A stretch of 26,917 bases of DNA from Oxalobacteraceae bacterium (GCA_027486615.1 JAIXOW010000245.1:1-26917), one strand, 5' to 3'. Shown: positions 9,339-16,731, counted from the first letter of the stretch. Notes: generated by a model not told the origin, from the sequence alone. Program-made: numbers and translations.

Positions 9339-9355
9339 AGTCTAGTTACTGGGCG
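9339..9355 (+). repeat. 17-nt hairpin palindrome, copy 1 (degenerate)
   Basis: aGTCTAGTTACTGGgCG lies 27 nt after the stop of 8917..9312. Confidence 0.5.
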
Positions 9356-9512
9356 CTTGTTGATTGTTTAATGATGAGTTAATTATTTATATAAATTTTG
9401 CAATCATTGCGACTTAGTTTCTGAACATTTTCCGATATCATAATAAATGTATTAATAATTAGCTCCTTTTTAATTACAGATAAATTTAAAAATTTTTATT
9501 AGGAATCAAATC

Positions 9513-9860
9513 ATGTTTGCAGAATTAATAGACAAACTTATTGATGAATACAATTCTGACCCAAGAAATAAAATCTTTATCAATGAAGAAATTTTATTGG
9601 CTTCAGCAAAAGAAGAAACTGGTAATGATGTTTCTACTGACCAATTACGAAGTGCAATAAAAAATTTCCTATCTGGCGAAATGGAAGATGACGATTATTC
9701 CATTTATGACGGTGCTATCTATGCATGTGCGGTTGCCTCAAATAATTGCTTTGGTAATCCCGAAGAACATGAAGATGATGACGACTACAGCGTAGATTAT
9801 GAAATTGATTGGATTGAAAGTGACGACGGTTCATTTTGTGCCGAGATTCGTCCGTCTTAA
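9513..9860 (+). CDS. very acidic small hypothetical protein
   Basis: 115 aa rich in D/E (EDDDY and EHEDDDDY runs), with a GGA Shine-Dalgarno-like sequence upstream. Confidence 0.45.
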   Translation: MFAELIDKLIDEYNSDPRNKIFINEEILLASAKEETGNDVSTDQLRSAIKNFLSGEMEDDDYSIYDGAIYACAVASNNCFGNPEEHEDDDDYSVDYEIDWIESDDGSFCAEIRPS

Positions 9861-9990
9861 CCAATGTGCGATTTATCGTTTTAAACGACAAAGGGGGCAC
9901 GCTAATCAGGATTGAGTATCGCCACTATAAGGATTTAATGCCTAATAACTGTCTGGACTTTTAGCAGGGTGAGCTAATTGGTGATGTGAC

Positions 9991-10020
9991 AAAAAAAAGA
10001 CTGTCTAGGCAGTCTTTTTT
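9991..10020. terminator. bidirectional rho-independent terminator
   Basis: A8-GACTG-TCTAGG-CAGTC-T6. Confidence 0.6.
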
Positions 10021-10027
10021 CATATCT

Positions 10028-10054
10028 TAGAGGCACAAGGCGAAATCGAACCGG
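10028..10054 (-). repeat. decayed tRNA-3'-end-like remnant (d)
   Basis: ATATCTTAGAGGCACAAGGCGAAATCGAACCGG shares GGCACAAGG with remnant (c). Confidence 0.45.
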
Positions 10055-10167
10055 TTTTCGGAAACTCCAACTTTTGAGAGAATGGAGCCATTAATAATAC
10101 GAATAAACTTTACCTGAAGTCTGGGATCGCGCAATACGACTGGAGCAGGAAGACTAAGTAAGCCCTC

Positions 10168-10671
10168 ATGATCGAGCTTAAATCATTGAACAAAGACCAT
10201 ATGGCTGATGTCCTGCGAATTCAGGAACACTGCTATACCGAGATAGAGCCTGAATCGCTCGAGTCACTTCAGGCGAAGATTTTGTCGTCGCCTAGTACTT
10301 GCCTGATCGCTGAATCCTGCGAAGGACCGGTTGGGTATCTGATTGCGGTACCCATTATTTATCCTCACTTACCAGCTTTAAACTCTCCAACTTTTGAGAT
10401 TTTAGAAGGTGCAGATACGCTCTACATCCACGATCTTGCCGTTGTGAGTGCCGGACGAGGGAAAGGTGTAGCTCAGGAGTTGATGCGTGCTTCAATCAAT
10501 GCCGCGAAAAGCAAGGGACTATCGCATGCCTGCCTAGTAGCGATTCAAAGCTCACAAAAATTCTGGGAACAGTTCAGATTTGAGGTGGTGGCGGAACCGG
10601 CCAAAGAGCTTATGCCCAAGCTGGCGAGTTATGGCGCCAGTGCACAGCTTATGCGCGCTTCGAAAATATGA
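10168..10671 (+). CDS. GNAT family N-acetyltransferase
   Basis: The acetyl-CoA motif IHDLAVVSAGRGKGVAQELM is present. GC is about 50%, higher than the flanks. Confidence 0.8.
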   Translation: MIELKSLNKDHMADVLRIQEHCYTEIEPESLESLQAKILSSPSTCLIAESCEGPVGYLIAVPIIYPHLPALNSPTFEILEGADTLYIHDLAVVSAGRGKGVAQELMRASINAAKSKGLSHACLVAIQSSQKFWEQFRFEVVAEPAKELMPKLASYGASAQLMRASKI

Positions 10672-10802
10672 GCTTGGCTTCTGACAGAACTTTGTGGCGG
10701 AAACTATCGGGTGCGGTGAAGTTGTGGGACAGTTATGGAGCGGCTCAGGCGCTAAAATAAAAACGCCAAGCAGAGTAGCTTGGCGCGCTATGCCAATGTT
10801 CT

Positions 10803-10836
10803 TGGAGGCTAGGGGCGGAATCGAGCCGCGCTGATG
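10803..10836 (-). repeat. decayed tRNA-3'-end-like remnant (e)
   Basis: TTCTTGGAGGCTAGGGGCGGAATCGAGCCGCG. Its reverse complement reads like a T-arm plus acceptor plus CCA. Confidence 0.5.
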
Positions 10837-10898
10837 ATGCCTGATCCTAGGCCTAATCGGTAGATTTAAATGATGAATATCATTTTGGTTTTTTAGAA

Positions 10899-11993
10899 TT
10901 AAGGAACTATGACAGTGAAAAGATAAACTGCAAAGATTACCAAATGGACTGTACCCTGCATGATAGTAGTACGTCCTGTACCTAAAGAAATTGATGCTAC
11001 AAGTAGTGATAGAAGCAAAAGTACAGTTGATTTAGCATCGATACCTAGTGAGAGGGTTAGTCCGTACATTAAAGAAACAATTGCAACAGCAGGAATCGTC
11101 AATCCAATACTAGCCAATGCTGAACCTAGCGCTAGATTAAGGCTAGTTTGTAATCGATTGGCTCGCGCTGCTTGGTAAGCAGCAATACTTTCGGGTAGCA
11201 AAACTACCGTGGCAATGATAACGCCAACAAGTGATTTTGGCGCACCAACACTTGCTATAAAACTTTCTAAAGTGGGGGAGAGAGCTTTAGCTAACAACAC
11301 TACCGCAACTAGGCATGCAAGCATAAGAACGGCGCTGAGTTGAGTCATCTTTTTTGTTGGCGGAGGTGCGTGAACTGTTTCATCTGCCACCTCAGTTATT
11401 GGTAGAAAATAGTCTCTATGTCGTACAGTCTGAACTAAGATGAAAGTAGCATAAAGTATGAATGAGACAATTGCGATAAACGATAATTGACTGCTACTGT
11501 AAAAAGGACCTTGGGTAGTTGTTGTGTAATTGGGTAGGACTAGGGTGAGAACTGAAATCGCAGCCAAGGTCGCTAATGAAGCAGATACACCAAGTAAGCC
11601 AAAAGATTGTTCTAGATGCCGACTTGCGCCACTTAGCAAACAAATCCCAACCAAGCCATTAAGTATGATCATCACTGATGCAAAAACCGTATCTCGAGCT
11701 AAACTGCTTTCGGATTCACCTCCAGCAATCATAAGCGATACGATAAGCGCAACTTCGATTGCAGTGACAGCAAGTGCAAGTACCAATGTACCGTAAGGCT
11801 CGCCAACCTTATGAGCTACCACCTCTGCATGAAATACTGCAGCCAGAATACTAGCAATTAGGCTAGCTATTAGTAGAAACTTAAATACGCTACTGAGTGT
11901 GAATTCGCTGGCAGTTAATAAGAGTCCCAAAAATAACCAAGCCACAATTGGGGATAATATTGTCCATGTAGGTAATCGATAAGATAATTTCAT
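10899..11993 (-). CDS. CaCA family calcium/cation:proton antiporter (ChaA-like)
   Basis: 364 aa with about 10-11 TM segments and a GEPYGTLVLALAVTAIEVALIVSLM alpha-repeat-like motif. Confidence 0.8.
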   Translation of the reverse strand: MKLSYRLPTWTILSPIVAWLFLGLLLTASEFTLSSVFKFLLIASLIASILAAVFHAEVVAHKVGEPYGTLVLALAVTAIEVALIVSLMIAGGESESSLARDTVFASVMIILNGLVGICLLSGASRHLEQSFGLLGVSASLATLAAISVLTLVLPNYTTTTQGPFYSSSQLSFIAIVSFILYATFILVQTVRHRDYFLPITEVADETVHAPPPTKKMTQLSAVLMLACLVAVVLLAKALSPTLESFIASVGAPKSLVGVIIATVVLLPESIAAYQAARANRLQTSLNLALGSALASIGLTIPAVAIVSLMYGLTLSLGIDAKSTVLLLLSLLVASISLGTGRTTIMQGTVHLVIFAVYLFTVIVP

Positions 11994-12071
11994 GTATTAA
12001 TTTTATATCAGTCTTAGCTTAAATTTTTGAATAAGTGAACATATAAAAATCTAATATTTGAGCATTCATTC

Positions 12072-12088
12072 CGCCTAGTTACTGGACG
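12072..12088 (+). repeat. 17-nt hairpin palindrome, copy 2
   Basis: CGCCTAGTTACTGGACG in the divergent intergenic region. Confidence 0.6.
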
Positions 12089-12127
12089 CGATAATCGATA
12101 GAATCAGCTTAATGTTAGGACCAATTA

Positions 12128-12475
12128 ATGAATCAAGTTAGAAAAAACAAAATTACCTTTTTCGCCATTACGTATTTTGCGTTATTGATGGCATTCAGCT
12201 TAATTTTTGATAAACCAATCAGGAGTATTTTTCTTTACGCTATTCCTGTTGTTATCATTGCAGCTCGTAGCGGTTGGCGTGCAGGTTTTTTTCTATCACT
12301 TCTTGCAACGCTTATTGCTTGGTTTGGACAAGCTTTTCCTACCGTTCCAGAAAATGCTGGTCTTGAATTTGAAGAAGCACTTATTACGCTAGCAGAACTT
12401 GTTATTGCTTCAGTTGTTGCATCAGCAGTTGCAAGAAAAATTTCTGGAGTGTCAAAAGATAAGCTTTTTGACTAA
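12128..12475 (+). CDS. hypothetical membrane protein
   Basis: 115-aa ORF with 3 hydrophobic segments. The overlapping 12207..12392 ORF is rejected. Confidence 0.45.
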   Translation: MNQVRKNKITFFAITYFALLMAFSLIFDKPIRSIFLYAIPVVIIAARSGWRAGFFLSLLATLIAWFGQAFPTVPENAGLEFEEALITLAELVIASVVASAVARKISGVSKDKLFD

Positions 12476-12597
12476 GACATTCAAAGTAATTTTATAGAGC
12501 TTAAGTTATAAAGTTACTTACTGATTTTTGAATTAGATATCGTCTCTTAACGAGATGCTTCCAAGTCTCAATTTCTCTATTGCGGACTTTGCCTACT

Positions 12598-12621
12598 TGG
12601 TGGCTCTAGAGGTAATTGAAC
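12598..12621 (-). repeat. decayed tRNA-3'-end-like remnant (f)
   Basis: CTACTTGGTGGCTCTAGAGGTAATTGAAC. Confidence 0.4.
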
Positions 12622-12632
12622 TAAATTAAGAA

Positions 12633-12916
12633 TTTACTGATCTCAATCTATCTCATCATTGTTCAAAAGCGTAACTTATATCTTGCTCTTGTAGACGTAA
12701 AGATGAATGAGAATATTTCAAAAAATTTTCTTTATGCCTTCTGTAATACAAAAGTCCTTCTTTGATGCTTGCTACTGTTGCGCCTTGTTCTAGCATTTTG
12801 TCCCACAAGTTCCAATCCTCTTGAGGATGAACGCCATCTTCATATCTTTTTTTGTAGCCAATTTTTTGTCCAAAATCTGTACGGTACATCATGGATCCAT
12901 GATGCTGGCCTTGGCG
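12633..12916. repeat. direct repeat copy A (3' part of the GT2 gene plus 23 nt downstream)
   Basis: Collinear with 26634-26917 with no indels. I count about 13 mismatches in 284 positions by eye. Confidence 0.9.
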
Positions 12917-13330
12917 ATTCCAATACAAGTCACCTTTATAAGGGCGCGTCTCACCAGGCACTCTCGTTAAGATTTCTTCCTTTAATTCACCAGTTACAAC
13001 AATGTCGTAGGTGACGATATCGGTGCTGGCATTAGAAAGTAATTCAATTGCATCTGAACGCAACCAATTATCAGCGCCTATGAAAAGCACATACTCTGTA
13101 TCCACCTTAGACAGCATGTTGTGAAAGTTATCTACAACGCCCAAATTTTTTTGTCTGAAAATGTATTCAATATCTGGATATAGACTTGGTAGGTGGCTGC
13201 AATCTAAACCTCCGTCATCGACGAATAAAATTCTTGAGGGGAGGGTTGATTGAGATAGCAATGACTCTATGCAATGCGCTGCAAGATGTCCGTATCTATA
13301 AGAGGCGATGATGACTGTAATCATATTCAT
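12656..13330 (-). CDS. family 2 glycosyltransferase
   Basis: [27 protein letters not shown]...FVDDG is the GT2 N-terminal pattern. The ORF-track start at 13375 is an alternative. Confidence 0.8.
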   Translation of the reverse strand: MNMITVIIASYRYGHLAAHCIESLLSQSTLPSRILFVDDGGLDCSHLPSLYPDIEYIFRQKNLGVVDNFHNMLSKVDTEYVLFIGADNWLRSDAIELLSNASTDIVTYDIVVTGELKEEILTRVPGETRPYKGDLYWNRQGQHHGSMMYRTDFGQKIGYKKRYEDGVHPQEDWNLWDKMLEQGATVASIKEGLLYYRRHKENFLKYSHSSLRLQEQDISYAFEQ

Positions 13331-13406
13331 TGGCACGAGAGCATGAGGGCATAAGAAAACGACTTTGCCGCTCATTGGAGCTCTTTTGGCAACTTTTCAT
13401 CGCAAT

Positions 13407-13432
13407 AAAAAAACCACCCGAAGGTGGTTTTA
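13407..13432. terminator. bidirectional terminator hairpin (ACCACC-CGAA-GGTGGT)
   Basis: A-run, 6-bp GC stem with GNRA-like loop, then a T-run. The same unit recurs at 26565 and a variant at 25555. Confidence 0.6.
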
Positions 13433-13440
13433 TTACATCT

Positions 13441-13485
13441 TGGTGGCCCGGGGCGGAATCGAACCACCGACACAAGGATTTTCAA
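13441..13485 (-). pseudogene. tRNA-Phe(GAA) 3' fragment (anticodon loop to CCA), likely an att-site remnant
   Basis: Reverse complement is TTGAAAATCCTTGTGTCGGTGGTTCGATTCCGCCCCGGGCCACCA, giving an intact T-arm, acceptor 3' strand and CCA. The sequence where the 5' half should be (13486-13516) is unrelated. Confidence 0.75.
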
Positions 13486-13629
13486 CTCTGTTAATAGACT
13501 GATAACTATAATTAATTCAGTGCGATAACTTGCCGTGAATTTGCTGTCCTATCTACAATGCACCAACTGGTACGCTCAGGATCGCACTGGCGATGCCCTC
13601 ACTTAAGCACCTATCTCAGCGGGTTCAAG

Positions 13630-13646
13630 CGTCCAGTTACTGGACG
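13630..13646. repeat. 17-nt hairpin palindrome, copy 3 (perfect, C-G at the variable pair)
   Basis: CGTCCAGTTACTGGACG. Confidence 0.7.
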
Positions 13647-13701
13647 GTGACCGACTCAAGGATTCCTTCTCCTTGGGTTCGTGGACTTTGCTATGGCGCA
13701 C

Positions 13702-13718
13702 CGTCTAGTTGCTGGACG
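13702..13718 (+). repeat. 17-nt hairpin palindrome, copy 4 (TTG loop)
   Basis: CGTCTAGTTGCTGGACG. Confidence 0.7.
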
Positions 13719-13963
13719 ATGAAGTAGGGAAAGGCTGGTCATCTTGCGGCACTTACGTATTGAGCAGCGGAGTCAATTAATAGTGTTGCCTCAATGCAGT
13801 TCTTGAAACTTTTAGTTGTATGGATGACCCAGGGTAGCCTATGCTTATCATTATAAAGAAAGTATGCAGAGCTGAATTAGTGAGTCGTCTATAGTTTATG
13901 TGGCAAGTTCGCCAGACTGGGCAATAAAGTCAAAGTAGAAAAAAAGAAAAAAAACGCAATTAC

Positions 13964-14731
13964 ATGACTAAGAAAATTATTGAACCTTCAGAGTACACAC
14001 GCCCACCAATTACTGAGGCTGTAATTGAGATTGTCTTCGCAGGAGAAGTAAAAAATGATGTCGTAAATAAAGTCTCGAAAAAATTCAAAAAATACTATAC
14101 AAACGACATACCAGTAACTCAATATGATGTTCGAGTGGATGTGCAGCCAAGTACAGCTGGGGGGGCGACAGCAAATCTAAAAAAAGAAAAAAAGGGGCAG
14201 CGTTTATCGACCTCGGATGAGACAGAAATATTGGTAATATGGCCGAATTCAATTTCTGTCTCCCAAATTGCCCCATATAAAGGTTGGGATATATTTCACA
14301 AAAGATTCGCTAGAGATTTTAAACTTCTTAAAAAAGAAGTGGGTATACGAGAGATAAAGCGAATTGGAGTTCGCTATATCAATAGAATTGATATTCCGGC
14401 AGTCGAGCCAATAGTTGAGCACGAAGAATATATAAATATTTTCCCCAAGCTGCCAGATAATTTGACCCCACTTACAGCCTATATGGTGCAAGCCGAACTT
14501 CAGCTGCTTGATGTAGGTGCAAACTTGCGTATCAATTCCTCCGCTGTACCTTCGCCGATAGCTGATCATGCATCTTTTGTTATTGACTTAGATTTTTATC
14601 GAATCCACGATATGCCGAGTAGTGATAAAAAATTAAATGAATATTTAAATCTCATAAGAGAAAAAAAGAACGAAATATTTGAATCTTTGGTGAAGGACAA
14701 AGCTCGAGGATTGTTTAAGAACGAGAAATAA
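13964..14731 (+). CDS. hypothetical protein, TIGR04255-like (recall-based)
   Basis: 255 aa. The N-terminal YTRPPITEAVIEIVF resembles the N-terminal hallmark of the TIGR04255 family as I remember it. First gene of a tightly packed operon. Confidence 0.55.
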   Translation: MTKKIIEPSEYTRPPITEAVIEIVFAGEVKNDVVNKVSKKFKKYYTNDIPVTQYDVRVDVQPSTAGGATANLKKEKKGQRLSTSDETEILVIWPNSISVSQIAPYKGWDIFHKRFARDFKLLKKEVGIREIKRIGVRYINRIDIPAVEPIVEHEEYINIFPKLPDNLTPLTAYMVQAELQLLDVGANLRINSSAVPSPIADHASFVIDLDFYRIHDMPSSDKKLNEYLNLIREKKNEIFESLVKDKARGLFKNEK

Positions 14732-14738
14732 AAGGTAA

Positions 14739-15371
14739 ATGGTCATGGAATATCAACACAAACTCGAAACTAATAAAGTGTCCAATCGCATGTCGATAGG
14801 CGGGTTTCCAATTCCAAGAGATGTAGATGCAAATTCGAGCACGCCAAACTACTCTCAAGAATTAATTTCAAAATTTCGAGATGGAAAAAACACCACAGCA
14901 CTTCCGTCAAAAGAAAGTATTTTGAAGGAAGGTGATACTAGACTCGAAATTTTCAATGCTACGGCGGCTGCCAAGATGCTGACTTCCTATGTATCGATGC
15001 ATCTAAAAGACGAATGGAGAAAAAATATTTTTTTTCAACTAGACTTGATACACGAATTTGAAGAGTGGGATGACGAATTAAGCCCGATAGGGCGTGACTC
15101 AATGACAACCTTCTTGAAAGCGATGCTAAAAGTCAACCTAAAGAAATATCCGGGACTAGGTCTGACCAATAAAGGGTATTTAATTGCCGCGTGGACAGAA
15201 AATCAAAAAAAACTCACTTTGGAATTTCAGCCAAAAGATAAGGTTAAATGGATTGTGTCTCAAGAATTGAGCCCAGAAGAAACTGAAAGGGCGGCAGGCT
15301 TTACAAATATCAGAAGGCTATACAGGTGCATTGCTCCTTATGGGGTGCAGAGTTGGTTCACAGAGAAATAA
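14739..15371 (+). CDS. hypothetical protein (no recognisable motif)
   Basis: 210-aa ORF starting 8 nt after the upstream stop. Its TAA stop (15369-15371) runs into the A16 tract. Confidence 0.5.
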   Translation: MVMEYQHKLETNKVSNRMSIGGFPIPRDVDANSSTPNYSQELISKFRDGKNTTALPSKESILKEGDTRLEIFNATAAAKMLTSYVSMHLKDEWRKNIFFQLDLIHEFEEWDDELSPIGRDSMTTFLKAMLKVNLKKYPGLGLTNKGYLIAAWTENQKKLTLEFQPKDKVKWIVSQELSPEETERAAGFTNIRRLYRCIAPYGVQSWFTEK

Positions 15372-15829
15372 AAAAAAAAAAAAAAGGGAGTTTGATACCT
15401 GACAGAGACCATGTAATAAGACATGTTCCTCTAGCTAAAACCCGTCGCGACTCGGATGGAAAAGTGTGCGGAATATTGCCGCAAGCTATAGAGCGTCGCG
15501 ACAGTGAAGAATATTTGTCAGTCAGTCATTATGAGCATTTTTCTGGCTCGCAAGTTCAAAAATTGTTTAGCGTCAAAAATGCGATAGCTTCTGGCAAGCG
15601 AAGTGGAACTCTAGGAATTAAAGGGCTCCTTGCAAAGGCAAACGTTGGTAATCTTAAGCAATCTGTCGAGAAAAAGACTGCGAAAAAAATTCGCGTTGCT
15701 TATTTGCCTACCAAAAAAGACTCTTCGCATTCAGGTGTATATAAACTTCCTGAAGAGGATTCCGAGTTAATGGATGCTTTGGCAAGTGAGGTTTTTTCGG
15801 AAATTTTTTTCTTGAATGATATAAAGTGA
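15326..15829 (+). CDS. hypothetical protein with an A16 tract in its 5' coding region; start uncertain
   Basis: The open frame begins at GTG 15326 (or TTG 15353) and overlaps the upstream gene. There is no usable start with a Shine-Dalgarno sequence downstream of the A-run, so the run is probably coding (KKKKK). Confidence 0.45.
   Translation: MHCSLWGAELVHREIKKKKKGSLIPDRDHVIRHVPLAKTRRDSDGKVCGILPQAIERRDSEEYLSVSHYEHFSGSQVQKLFSVKNAIASGKRSGTLGIKGLLAKANVGNLKQSVEKKTAKKIRVAYLPTKKDSSHSGVYKLPEEDSELMDALASEVFSEIFFLNDIK
15370..15385 (+). repeat. homopolymeric A16 tract
   Basis: Counted directly: one A at 15370, ten at 15371-15380 and five at 15381-15385. Confidence 0.95.
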
Positions 15830-15883
15830 AAACGAAATCCTTGAGTAAATACTTTAGTAATTACAAGCTCAAGGAGACAGCAA

Positions 15884-16243
15884 ATGCGTTTTTACGAATT
15901 CGCCTCACAACCCAGACCAGTCCTGAAGATCAGCCAGCAGCAAGCTGCGAATCAAAGCAACAAACTACCCACGCCCTTCCCAACAAATAAACAACCAACT
16001 CCCGCACCAGCATCAATTAATGTCTATCCAGAAGAATGGCAGCATAAGTGGGTACAAAAATATCTAGCTGCAAAGATAGCCCGTAACGCACAGACCATTA
16101 AGCCAACTGAAGAAGATATAGTGCGGGCACAGATGATGTATGCAGATGCTAAACGTAAAGCTGATCAAGAGTACGAAGAAGTAAATGGAAAGTCAGACGA
16201 AGAATCTGGCTGGCAAGGTGAACATCGTTGGGTCAAGCGATAA
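15884..16243 (+). CDS. hypothetical P/Q-rich then charged small protein
   Basis: 119-aa ORF with a strong AAGGAG Shine-Dalgarno sequence 6 nt upstream of the ATG. Confidence 0.5.
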   Translation: MRFYEFASQPRPVLKISQQQAANQSNKLPTPFPTNKQPTPAPASINVYPEEWQHKWVQKYLAAKIARNAQTIKPTEEDIVRAQMMYADAKRKADQEYEEVNGKSDEESGWQGEHRWVKR

Positions 16244-16250
16244 ATTCAAA

Positions 16251-16277
16251 CTCAGCGTCCAGCAACTAGACGCTGAG
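16251..16277 (-). repeat. 17-nt hairpin palindrome, copy 5 (reverse orientation, TTG loop, extended to a 12-bp stem)
   Basis: CTCAGCGTCCAGCAACTAGACGCTGAG between convergent stops. Confidence 0.75.
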
Positions 16278-16290
16278 CATCTGTAAAGAA

Positions 16291-16731
16291 CTACTTCTTG
16301 AAACCGGACTTCAATCCTGCGGAAGCAGTTTCAATCTGTGCATCTAACTCACCAGCTTCTACTGCTCGTTTAATCGTCTCTAGCGCAACGACTAAATCAT
16401 CTGCACTGGCTACTTCAACACTAGGCTTGCCCTTTGCTAGTTCTAGCGTCCAGCTTCCATATCTAATTGATACACAGACTTTGCCATTTTCAGTAACAAA
16501 CCACCAAGGACGTATACGTTTGGGCATTTCTACTTGTTTACGCAAACCAGTGTCTCTATCTTTAACAGAACGAAATCGAGTAACAACAAATGGCTGTCCG
16601 TTTATTTGACTTCTAGCTAACTGTATCTGCTCCCACAGTTTGCTGCTTAATTTATTTCTCCGAAGTTGGATAGTGGGCATCTGCTGTGGCTTTTTTATAG
16701 CTACTAATTTCAACGTACTCAGTGTGCTCAT
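16291..16731 (-). CDS. conserved hypothetical island protein (DUF6641-like, recall-based)
   Basis: 146 aa with RPWWF...GK..VSIRYGS..LELAKGK...AGELD. I associate this pattern with genomic-island proteins. Confidence 0.5.
   Translation of the reverse strand: MSTLSTLKLVAIKKPQQMPTIQLRRNKLSSKLWEQIQLARSQINGQPFVVTRFRSVKDRDTGLRKQVEMPKRIRPWWFVTENGKVCVSIRYGSWTLELAKGKPSVEVASADDLVVALETIKRAVEAGELDAQIETASAGLKSGFKK

Noticed and set aside
10065-10399. An exact 15-nt direct repeat, CTCCAACTTTTGAGA, at 10065-10079 and 10385-10399 (inside the GNAT gene).
   Set aside because: It is a single short match with no flanking similarity. A 15-mer coincidence is roughly of order one in a window of this size when both strands are considered.
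10960-11796. ORFs 10960..11178 and 11530..11796 (+), antisense to the CaCA antiporter. The same applies to 1409..1624, 6699..6971, 8494..8679, 9715..9900, 12207..12392, 12769..13014, 14085..14569, 16298..16609, 18349..18585, 18649..18858, 19270..19455, 19525..19737, 20075..20494 and 22580..22780.
   Set aside because: All are embedded in or antisense to longer ORFs that have recognisable motifs or better coding features. None has a convincing Shine-Dalgarno sequence or motif.
4665-13485. A classical integron cassette array.
   Set aside because: There is no IntI-type integrase with its extra domain, no attI and no attC sites with the R''-L''/L'-R' architecture. The separators are tRNA-derived sequences, and several packets hold more than one gene in mixed orientation.
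13441-13516. An intact 76-nt tRNA gene on the minus strand.
   Set aside because: Only the 3' 45 nt fit a tRNA. The reverse complement of 13486-13516 (attaattatagttatcagtctattaacagag) cannot form the acceptor 5' strand or D-arm, so this is a fragment.
15326-15390. Fusion of 14739..15371 and 15326..15829 into one protein by a frameshift within the A16 run.
   Set aside because: The upstream gene's TAA stop (15369-15371) begins before and at the very start of the run. Slippage inside the run cannot bypass it, so the tract can only affect the downstream frame.
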